The position numbers and the translations under genes are program-made. From the sequence record MN871446.1: DNA of 64,000 bases; one strand, 5' to 3'. The notes beneath the pieces were generated by a model, which was not told where the DNA came from, did not search any database, and was given only the letters and a program-made list of their open reading frames with translations. Shown here one piece after another: positions 27,005 to 35,100 of this stretch. This DNA is from Klebsiella phage KpLz-2_45. Every line of letters starts with the position of its first letter. Position 1 is the stretch's first letter.

Positions 27005-27033
27005 AGGTAGAGGGTCAAACCCTCTACCTTTTA
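27005..27033. terminator. hairpin AGGTAGAGGG-tcaaa-CCCTCTACCT + TTTAT
   Basis: 10-bp stem with a T-run after it. Lies between convergent genes. Confidence 0.65.
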
Positions 27034-27037
27034 TAAT

Positions 27038-27634
27038 CTATCGTCTGCTACGTAACGCGGTGATAACGTCTGCTACTACACTGCTGTTGATCTTATCGCC
27101 TACCACTGCCGAAAGGATATCTCGGCGCTCTCGGTTAATGATGCCCATGTAATACCACGTCACCATCATCGTCGGTAAGATAATGATCCCTGCTAACGTC
27201 GCCGAGGGGAGTTCTTTTCTATCGATACACACCACGGCCACTACTGAGGTGAAGATCAAAATAGTGAAGGCCAGTACCATTGCGAACATAGCACCAACCA
27301 AACGCCGTGACCTGACTTCGTATTTATCCGGTTTAGCGATCGCACCAATCACTTCTGGATGAATACCGGGTACCGTCTTATCTGTTTGGTCATTAACTGG
27401 TTCTTCTTTTCCTTGTTCCGGTAAAGGTGCGATTTCCATTTCTAACCATATTGTCTTGTTATCGTCATCGGGATGACTGTCCAGATATTCCCGCAGGTCT
27501 TTCACGGTGGCGGTTTCTGGGTGAATAGCGGGCGCAAAAAGATGCGCGCGATCCGCAAGCGAGATACCATCCTTATCAACGTAATTACCCAGGACGGTAT
27601 CGTCAGGGAGTGAAAGGAGTTCATTTAATGTCAT
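27038..27634 (-). CDS. membrane protein, 198 aa, acidic N-terminal domain and two C-terminal TM helices
   Basis: Hydrophobic segments LVGAMFAMVLAFTILIFTSVVAVVCI and LAGIIILPTMMVTWYYMGII. ATGA overlap with tmk. Confidence 0.5.
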   Translation of the reverse strand: MTLNELLSLPDDTVLGNYVDKDGISLADRAHLFAPAIHPETATVKDLREYLDSHPDDDNKTIWLEMEIAPLPEQGKEEPVNDQTDKTVPGIHPEVIGAIAKPDKYEVRSRRLVGAMFAMVLAFTILIFTSVVAVVCIDRKELPSATLAGIIILPTMMVTWYYMGIINRERRDILSAVVGDKINSSVVADVITALRSRR

Positions 27635-28251
27635 TGATAGACCTCATCATAACTTGCCATCAGTTGAAGAAAGACCTCGGACAACGGACGAGTGGCGTCA
27701 ATGAGGGCGACCTTTCCGTTAGCCTCAGGCGCAAGGTCATTCAAAACCGTTAAGTAACGGTCACGGTAGAAATCAAATTGAGTCGCCAATTCTTCTTCGA
27801 TGACATCTTTTTTGCGGCGTCCTAACCGAGCAACGTGGGTGGCGTAATCGATATCCAAGAAAAAGATTGAGTGGTGGTGATCGAAGAGTCCTAATCCTTC
27901 GTGGAGATTGAAAATCCAATCCCATTCTTCTTTCGGACTATAGGCGAAAGTCGAAGGCCATGAGCGGTCAAGAATAACGGTATGTCCACCCTCCAGAGCA
28001 AAGTTAACTTGACTGTCGAAGATCTCTTTACGTGCCGAGACGAACAGCAGAGCACGAGCAGCGGGGGAAGACGGGCGATCAGACGACTGTGTTAATTCGC
28101 GGATTTTTTCTGCAGGGACATTGCCGCCAGGCTCACGAAACACCACGACAGATTCACCACGTTCTTTCAACGCCTGTCGGAGTAATGAGACCGCTTCTGT
28201 TTTCCCTGCGCCATCGAGTCCTTCAATGATCAATAGTTTTGCTCTTGCCAT
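27631..28251 (-). CDS. tmk: thymidylate (dTMP) kinase
   Basis: P-loop IEGLDGAGKT, REPGG motif, DRS...AY lid region and IDATRPL. The protein is colinear with bacterial Tmk over its full length. Confidence 0.85.
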   Translation of the reverse strand: MARAKLLIIEGLDGAGKTEAVSLLRQALKERGESVVVFREPGGNVPAEKIRELTQSSDRPSSPAARALLFVSARKEIFDSQVNFALEGGHTVILDRSWPSTFAYSPKEEWDWIFNLHEGLGLFDHHHSIFFLDIDYATHVARLGRRKKDVIEEELATQFDFYRDRYLTVLNDLAPEANGKVALIDATRPLSEVFLQLMASYDEVYQ

Positions 28252-28261
28252 GTTTACCTTC

Positions 28262-28843
28262 TTAAATTATACCCGTTAATTCCCGTTTCCATTTAAGGAA
28301 CAACCAATACCCGATGGCGATTGAATCGATGCTGTGTTCATCGAGTTCATCGATATCTAATTCGCTATCAACATACAACGTCTTTTCTGCAATCAATTTT
28401 TTCACCGCTTTACGAACGGCTTCTTTGTCCCCGCCTTTACCTGGTGCACCAACCGCCTTTTTTGCCGTGGGTGGATCAACTAAAAATAACGGTAATGTAT
28501 TTTTAAAATCCCAGACTGCCTCGCGCGCCATCACAATCCCTTCTACCAGAGACTGGAAAGCGGAGACAAATTTCAATTTCATGAACGCCGATTCGCAAGA
28601 GACTAAGACAGGGTTAAAATAATGCAAACGTTCGATAAGGAACTCTCTGCACTTTGCATGTCGCGCACCTCGGTCCCCTAAGACCAATTCCGGACTAACG
28701 TCAGTTAAGAAGCGATCAGCGTGGAAAGTCTCAGCGTGACGGAGGTAAACTTTCCCGGTATCGAGATCGTAATCTAAAATCGAAATCCCAAAACAACGAC
28801 TCCCTGGGTCAATACCCATGATTCTAAAAAATTGGTCATTCAT
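28262..28843 (-). CDS. RuvC-like Holliday junction resolvase, 193 aa
   Basis: N-terminal MGIDPGSRCFGISIL (RuvC motif I with catalytic Asp), CESAF (Glu), and C-terminal DEHSIDSIAIG (Asp/His pair as in RuvC DAADALAIA). Confidence 0.7.
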   Translation of the reverse strand: MNDQFFRIMGIDPGSRCFGISILDYDLDTGKVYLRHAETFHADRFLTDVSPELVLGDRGARHAKCREFLIERLHYFNPVLVSCESAFMKLKFVSAFQSLVEGIVMAREAVWDFKNTLPLFLVDPPTAKKAVGAPGKGGDKEAVRKAVKKLIAEKTLYVDSELDIDELDEHSIDSIAIGYWLFLKWKRELTGII

Positions 28844-28891
28844 TGTCGTTCCTTAACACTATTTCAAAATAAATACATGGTCTATAAAATA

Positions 28892-28919
28892 AGAAAGGGG
28901 ACCGAAGCCCCCTTTCTTT
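28892..28919. terminator. hairpin AGAAAGGGG-accgaagc-CCCCTTTCT + TTTG
   Basis: 9-bp stem with a T-run after it. Confidence 0.55.
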
Positions 28920-28925
28920 TGTCTG

Positions 28926-30071
28926 TTATTCTTCGGTTTCGATATCGTAACGCAGTGAAGCCTGACCGACAACAAACGACACCGTAGACGGCGTCACATT
29001 GACTGTCTCTGTCCAGCCATGAATAGACCGTTTACGCGTGATCGAGGTGACTCTGGCGTTAGTGAACGCGGTGGTCAATTTCGCTTTGTTCGCTTCGGTA
29101 TTCATCGTAGCCCAGTTTGCGGCAATCATGTTCACGATTGCTTTAACCAGACTAGCGTCCGTGATTTCACTGCCTACACGGAACTGCTGAATCGCATTCT
29201 GATAATCCGAGAAATCCAGAGGACGAGTCAAGACCAAGGCCGAGTAACGATTGGTACCGACACCAGTCGGATAATCAAATCCTACCAACGCACCCGTGCG
29301 CAGGCTGCTCAGGTCAATCACCGGCGGGTATTCCAAGCCATTGAGTTCGGAAGTGAAATTATTCAGGGCGATGTCACTTGGGTACTCAAGGCCATTAAGT
29401 TCTGTAACCGTGATTAACGTATTGAGGTCCTGACTTCCTGGGTACTCCAGACCGTTCAGATCAGTTTCAACAATCACCTTATCAAGATCAAAGATCGACG
29501 GGTAGTATAACCCTTCCATCGCCGTCTGACGAATTGACCACGTAATACCCGAGAAACTATTGCCTTTGAAGGCATCCAGATTATCGGTAATAATGCTGCT
29601 GAGAGAAGTTTTCGTATTACGGAGGTAAAACTCGACAGAGCCTGTCCAACTCCAGCTGGTTTCTGCAATCGGCCACGAGATAAAGATTTCTTCATCTCCG
29701 GCATCCGTGTTCAGATCCAACAAGCCGGCGGCAAAATCGCTGTCCTCAAATGGTGGTAGACCATACGTTTCACAGAGCGACGCGAGGATTTTCCGATTAT
29801 TTAATCCTGAGCCTGCCTGAACGTGTAATTCAATCCCTTTGAACAACGTTTGGAAGTTACGTTTAAACAACGAGATATCATCACGGACACCGTAATACTT
29901 GCCCGAGGTGTCTTTAACGATGAACTTCTGACGTGCCTCGAAACTATCGTATTCGCCCCTTTCAATTGATAACGTATCAACTGTGAACGCTGCGCCGTGA
30001 TCCGCGTTAGCTTTGTTGATGAGACCAACAATTTCTGCTTCAATCGTAGGGTAACCAAAAACGGTACTCAT
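28926..30071 (-). CDS. hypothetical structural protein, 381 aa
   Basis: ORF in the structural block. Contains repeated LNGLEYP segments. Confidence 0.55.
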   Translation of the reverse strand: MSTVFGYPTIEAEIVGLINKANADHGAAFTVDTLSIERGEYDSFEARQKFIVKDTSGKYYGVRDDISLFKRNFQTLFKGIELHVQAGSGLNNRKILASLCETYGLPPFEDSDFAAGLLDLNTDAGDEEIFISWPIAETSWSWTGSVEFYLRNTKTSLSSIITDNLDAFKGNSFSGITWSIRQTAMEGLYYPSIFDLDKVIVETDLNGLEYPGSQDLNTLITVTELNGLEYPSDIALNNFTSELNGLEYPPVIDLSSLRTGALVGFDYPTGVGTNRYSALVLTRPLDFSDYQNAIQQFRVGSEITDASLVKAIVNMIAANWATMNTEANKAKLTTAFTNARVTSITRKRSIHGWTETVNVTPSTVSFVVGQASLRYDIETEE

Positions 30072-30084
30072 TGGTCACCTCCTG

Positions 30085-31002
30085 TTAAGCCAGTGAACGG
30101 ATGGTGGCCGTAATGCTGGATGTTGTAGACAGGGTCGCTACGCTATTCGAGGTCAGCATCGGTTCGTTAGCGCCCATTTCCAGCGTGATAACAAAGCCTT
30201 GGTTATCGAAGGACAGCTGGCGATACGTCGACAGCCAGGTCAATACCTGGGCGTAGATCGCTTCATTCATGTTGATTTGCGCGCCGCCCGGACCCACCGC
30301 TTGTACAGTACGCTGGATAGCGGAAACCAAACCGATCTCCGAGATAATCGCACGCTTCTGTGAACCGTAGAGAATGCTGGCGACATTATTCAGTTCCGCA
30401 ACATCGTTCTCGTCGAAAGGTACGTCAACTTCCATACTGGCAGTCAGGTACTCAGAGTTCGTTGTGGTCGCCTGGGCAGAGGTCAGCGTTGGGCGGGTCG
30501 GGAACAGGTTCGATGAGTTCGGGACAAATTCGGTAGTGGTTGCTTCCCCGTCCACTACAACGGTATGGCGCAAGGTCGGTTTCGCAGCAGAGAGATCAAC
30601 CTTTTTCAAATAGTAAGAAAAATAGTTCACGCCGTTCAGATTCTCTAATTTACGGAGACCGTAGTTCGCCCGTTCAGCAACAGAGAGATCATTGGTTTCC
30701 AGACGCATGACAAACGGGATCATGTTGAACGGCCCAAAGTCGGCGGCGGTGTGTTGCGCAGGTTCGATAATGATTTCGTTATCGGCGGTCGGGACGTTAT
30801 AATGTCCTTTATCACCGATACAGTAGTAAGCAAACGTAGGACGATCAGTGGTAGCAATTTGGGCATCGCTATTTACCGCGAGTCTTTCGTTTAGCGTGGT
30901 GTACTTTAATGCAGTCAACGGCAGGCCCGCTAACAGATGGGTCTGGAGCAGTCCGCTTAACGCCGTCCGGGCGATGAGATTCGTATTTGTGCTGGCACTC
31001 AT
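30085..31002 (-). CDS. hypothetical structural protein, 305 aa
   Basis: ORF only. Confidence 0.55.
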   Translation of the reverse strand: MSASTNTNLIARTALSGLLQTHLLAGLPLTALKYTTLNERLAVNSDAQIATTDRPTFAYYCIGDKGHYNVPTADNEIIIEPAQHTAADFGPFNMIPFVMRLETNDLSVAERANYGLRKLENLNGVNYFSYYLKKVDLSAAKPTLRHTVVVDGEATTTEFVPNSSNLFPTRPTLTSAQATTTNSEYLTASMEVDVPFDENDVAELNNVASILYGSQKRAIISEIGLVSAIQRTVQAVGPGGAQINMNEAIYAQVLTWLSTYRQLSFDNQGFVITLEMGANEPMLTSNSVATLSTTSSITATIRSLA

Positions 31003-31074
31003 GTTTAAGTCCTATGCGAAAAATTCAATCGAGAAGAAGGTACGCCGACTCAGGACGGCGAATGTCATAAAAAG

Positions 31075-31101
31075 CGAAGGAGAGCGCTAAGCGCTCTCCT
31101 T
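31075..31101. terminator. hairpin GAAGGAGAGCGC-taa-GCGCTCTCCTTC, bidirectional
   Basis: 12-bp perfect palindromic stem with T-runs on both sides. Confidence 0.65.
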
Positions 31102-31118
31102 CCGTATCTTTTTCTTAA

Positions 31119-31655
31119 TTAGCTACCAAAGCCATCCTGGGTACCAGGGATGTCGGTGGTGTTCATTCGCGTTTCAGCGGCGGTGATGGTCAGAGTGATC
31201 GTACCGAAAAGGGTCAGGTGGTTTTCAGCCATCGTCACTTTAACGGAAACGGTACTATCTTCATTGGTGACCGGCGCGTCGACGACAATGTCACTCGCTA
31301 CCATTGAAGAGGAAAATTTATCGACCAGGTACGCTAACGCACTGGCGGCGGCATCAGCTTCGTCCCAATTAGCCAGGTCATCAGTGATCGCCTTTTCAAT
31401 AGCGTAACCCGCGATATCTTTACGGAGGTAATACACCGTTTTCGCTTCACCGTAAACCAGCGTTGAACTGGCCACCGGGGTTAACAGTACTGATGTGTTC
31501 GCGCCATCTTCACGTCCAGAAACGGCGGTGATATTGGACGCGGTCAAATCGGCGTCAGTGAATACTTCACCCTCAGGGAGAGCAGTGGTTGATTTAGTCA
31601 ATAAATCATAGAAGGCCGCTTTGGGGGTTTTCGTTAAATCTAATGAGACCGCCAT
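31119..31655 (-). CDS. hypothetical structural protein, 178 aa
   Basis: ORF with AAGAGGAAAA RBS. Confidence 0.55.
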   Translation of the reverse strand: MAVSLDLTKTPKAAFYDLLTKSTTALPEGEVFTDADLTASNITAVSGREDGANTSVLLTPVASSTLVYGEAKTVYYLRKDIAGYAIEKAITDDLANWDEADAAASALAYLVDKFSSSMVASDIVVDAPVTNEDSTVSVKVTMAENHLTLFGTITLTITAAETRMNTTDIPGTQDGFGS

Positions 31656-31674
31656 CGTCTATTTTCCTCTTTGA

Positions 31675-32529
31675 TCAACTTAAATTGTAGTGCAGAATTA
31701 AATGTCCTGCAACATTAGTACATAAGGTACTGTCTAAATGGATCACGACGCAACGCTCGTAGTTAGTGTTGACGTAAACGGGAGCAGAGGTTGTTAGTCC
31801 GTTAAAGTACACGGTGGCGCCAGCCATGTTCCATGCGGCGGGTGTTGGGGTATTAACCCAGGCTTCTGGAGACTTACGGTTGAGGATCGTGAGGAGTTCC
31901 CCCTCGATCAAATCACCGTAACCAAACCGCTGCATGTTATCGGCGTCGTAAGTGTAATCCTGAGCATAGAGGTAGAGCGGGCCCTGAATCTTCACTGACT
32001 GGTTTGTTGGGTAAGCTAAACCGTCGAGGTCTTTGTTCCGAATAACCGTATCGATGGCCTTTTTCGGATCGCCGATGTTGACTTCCAGAATCCCCGTAAA
32101 CGCCGGACAGGTTGGGCGAATACGAATCTGGGTCACAGTCGGAACGATGCTGAGGTTGAGTACTTCGTCGTAAATGTCTTCTGCGGCTAATTGAAAACCA
32201 AAGTTAAGATTGATCTCTGGTAACAGATCAGATTTCTTAAACTTGTTGCTGGCGGAGACATAAACGTCAACTTCAGCAAAGATTTCAGCGATATCTGGAC
32301 GGTTCCAGGTCAGGGCAATTTCCCCTTCGCGGCCCATCCCTAAGATCGCAACAAGTTTACCCGCGGTGTTGCGCTTGGGATCCCCGTTTGTATTTTCGGT
32401 AAAATTGGTCAGGCGGACCTGATCTTGCGTAAAGTCGCTTTCTGGGTTCGCTTCTTTGATCAAATCAAAGACGAGTTCGTCGGTGGGTTTATTGTAGTAA
32501 CCGTTCGGTGTGGCCATTATAGACTCCAA
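31675..32529 (-). CDS. hypothetical structural protein, 284 aa
   Basis: ORF with GGAG RBS, preceded by a terminator. Confidence 0.55.
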   Translation of the reverse strand: MESIMATPNGYYNKPTDELVFDLIKEANPESDFTQDQVRLTNFTENTNGDPKRNTAGKLVAILGMGREGEIALTWNRPDIAEIFAEVDVYVSASNKFKKSDLLPEINLNFGFQLAAEDIYDEVLNLSIVPTVTQIRIRPTCPAFTGILEVNIGDPKKAIDTVIRNKDLDGLAYPTNQSVKIQGPLYLYAQDYTYDADNMQRFGYGDLIEGELLTILNRKSPEAWVNTPTPAAWNMAGATVYFNGLTTSAPVYVNTNYERCVVIHLDSTLCTNVAGHLILHYNLS

Positions 32530-32553
32530 GTGAAAACTGTTATGTCATAACAA

Positions 32554-32576
32554 AAAAGGCGGTGACCCGCCTTTTC
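32554..32576. terminator. hairpin AAAAGGCGG-tgac-CCGCCTTTT
   Basis: Short GC stem flanked by an A-run and a T-run. Bidirectional. Confidence 0.6.
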
Positions 32577-32591
32577 CGTAGCACAATCTTT

Positions 32592-35036
32592 TTATTCGAA
32601 AGGCAATAAAACCGACGTCGGGAAAAACTCATCGAGTAACAGCGGCTCAGTGAACCCCAAGAGTCTATCTGGCATAACTTGCCACAACTGAACACGCGGG
32701 ATCTTCCTTACCCATATACCGTCGAGAGTCGTTTCCCCTAAAACAATCTCAGGATCACGTTCGATCTTTTTCACCCAGAGACCGTCCAGATTTCGAACGA
32801 GGACTTCCGTTTGAAGCAGGTCGTCGGCTTCCGGCGGGTAAACCCAAAGACCGGGGAGCGCCAATGTTTTAATGATGTCGTCAAGAGGACGGTAATCGAC
32901 ATGGTACAGCCACAACCCATTGAGCTCGGTGTTCTTCACGTCAATAGTGATATCTTCTGTCAGACTTCCTTTAAAGCGTACCTCGGCAATCGGGATTCGA
33001 TGAATCGTTTTGATCGCTGTATCGCAAAGTAATCCGATACCCCAATCCAGTCGGTAATAGTAGTTAGCGTAGATCTCTTTAACATTGAGATCAATCGCTT
33101 TAAACGACGGGATCACCGTACTACTTTTTCCTTTCTGTTTTTGACCAATGACCTCTACACGCGAAGGCAGCTGAACTTTACCGTACCCCTTACTTTCCAC
33201 TTTACCGTAACGGACTGCCAGGTTGTCTAAAACGATACCCGGAGCAGCGATCGTTTTGTGGACGTACTGAACGCCGTAAGAAGAAAGTTGAGTCATGATC
33301 CCGATCATTGCGCTGTGAATATCCGAGATACTGATTGTCGACCGGAGATCTGAACCTGTCGCAATAGTGAATATACTCAGTGCAAAATCTGACCATTCCT
33401 GCGGGGTTGACATGGACAATGTCCAGTTCTTTTCTTTAAACCACGTCGCGTATGTTGTCGGTTGATCGACCAGCGTACAAGGTTCGTCACAATAGAATTT
33501 CCGACAGAGGACTTCCCACTCACCACGTTGGTAAAGATCTTCCATTGACGTATACATCATCCGGTGGGCTGACAAGTTCCCTTGTATAGCAACTGCCGTG
33601 GAATAAAAGGCTTCCGTAGAGATGATCGTACTTACTGAGGTCGTCTCTGTCATTGCCACTTGTATTCCGAGTTCTGTCACATACGTTTTCTGCGTTGCTT
33701 TACGCAGCTCTGAGAACGTTGGACTTGGAATACGTTGCGCGAAAAAAGCGGTCAGCTTAGGAATGTCCGTGAGCGTTATTTCAAACTGCTGCATCACCGC
33801 GTAGACCCAAAGTACCAATGCCTCCTTCACTGACATTGACATCGCTTCCTGCGAAATAGGGTCAGTTAAGATAATATTGGCAGTGTACTTTCCGTGAGAG
33901 GCGAGGTAGATCCATTCCGTTAATAACGTATCGGTCAGCTTCCGCGGCATGGCATCAGACTGGTCGACCATCACCGATTCGAGTACCTTCGTGGGGAGTA
34001 TGTTTGTGATCGCGTTTTTGACCATATTCGGCACGGTAGATTTTTGCGTCTCAAGATAATCGGCGTTATCTTTTGCGGAGTCGACTTCATTCTCTAACGC
34101 GTCTTCGATCGTGATATACTGAATACCGCTGACAGATTCAGCCAACGTATTCTGCGGGATCTTAGCCACGGTACCGGTGCTGTAAATCCCTTCGCCGATA
34201 CTTGACGTATCTTGTTGTAATTCGTACGCGGTGAGCGGGATACGTCGCTCCGTCAGGATGTTCGCGATAAGATCAACAAAGGTACTGGTTTTCCCGGCGT
34301 GCGCCTCGATGTATTCAATGTTACGGTACAGGTACAGCGCCTGTTTGAGGCTCGTGTAGTCTTTGAACTTATTGAGTCGACCATGCGACCCCAGATAACA
34401 CCAAAGATGATAACTGTGCACTTGGGGCGTTCTTACGTACCGATTTCGGATATTAATAATTTCGCCAGGAAGGTGAGAAAACATTAAACCGAAAAAGGTC
34501 GCCGGATATTGCAGTTGTACACGAGCAGGGAGCGGCATGTACCAGCGGTTGGTAAAATTATTAATCCACTCTTGCAGGTCGCTGATTAAATACACCTCTT
34601 GTGACTCAACGTGCTCTGAATCGTAATAGAGGATTTCCCAACTCTTCGCGCTCAGAATCGTCTCCATGGGAACCGGGTTGAGAATCCCACGTATCAGCGT
34701 TTCTTGATTAGGGTAACGGGAGAGTAGATTCTGATAATAACTTGTCCCGTACGCGTAGGCTTTACGCGTGGCGCGGTGTAATAGTAAGTTATCATATGTG
34801 AACTCGATCGTCTCGAGTGTATCTAAAGAAACAACCGTCATTGGGGTATCGCTGGCATGGTATTGTCCTGCCAGATTCATATAGTACGCCCATGTGCTAG
34901 GTGCACTTGGGTCGACGTTATACCCGATAAGTGAAAGGTATTCGTTACGCATCGTGGCGGCGGCAGGAAATTTAATCGTCAATGTCTGTGCCAATGCCAT
35001 AACGCTATCTAAATATAACTTCTGCGTGGTATCCAC
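32592..35036 (-). CDS. large hypothetical virion protein, 814 aa
   Basis: Long ORF with no recognised motifs. Confidence 0.6.
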   Translation of the reverse strand: MDTTQKLYLDSVMALAQTLTIKFPAAATMRNEYLSLIGYNVDPSAPSTWAYYMNLAGQYHASDTPMTVVSLDTLETIEFTYDNLLLHRATRKAYAYGTSYYQNLLSRYPNQETLIRGILNPVPMETILSAKSWEILYYDSEHVESQEVYLISDLQEWINNFTNRWYMPLPARVQLQYPATFFGLMFSHLPGEIINIRNRYVRTPQVHSYHLWCYLGSHGRLNKFKDYTSLKQALYLYRNIEYIEAHAGKTSTFVDLIANILTERRIPLTAYELQQDTSSIGEGIYSTGTVAKIPQNTLAESVSGIQYITIEDALENEVDSAKDNADYLETQKSTVPNMVKNAITNILPTKVLESVMVDQSDAMPRKLTDTLLTEWIYLASHGKYTANIILTDPISQEAMSMSVKEALVLWVYAVMQQFEITLTDIPKLTAFFAQRIPSPTFSELRKATQKTYVTELGIQVAMTETTSVSTIISTEAFYSTAVAIQGNLSAHRMMYTSMEDLYQRGEWEVLCRKFYCDEPCTLVDQPTTYATWFKEKNWTLSMSTPQEWSDFALSIFTIATGSDLRSTISISDIHSAMIGIMTQLSSYGVQYVHKTIAAPGIVLDNLAVRYGKVESKGYGKVQLPSRVEVIGQKQKGKSSTVIPSFKAIDLNVKEIYANYYYRLDWGIGLLCDTAIKTIHRIPIAEVRFKGSLTEDITIDVKNTELNGLWLYHVDYRPLDDIIKTLALPGLWVYPPEADDLLQTEVLVRNLDGLWVKKIERDPEIVLGETTLDGIWVRKIPRVQLWQVMPDRLLGFTEPLLLDEFFPTSVLLPFE

Positions 35037-35100
35037 CGAGCAGTCTCCTCAATAGAACAATCGATTCCCCTTTTCAGAGTGAGAGAAGGATTCTGAATTT

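Noticed and set aside
28881-28892. T4-late-promoter-like TATAAAATA
   Set aside because: It is on the plus strand inside a terminator-containing spacer between two minus-strand genes. There is no plus-strand gene downstream and no recurrence upstream of other late genes.
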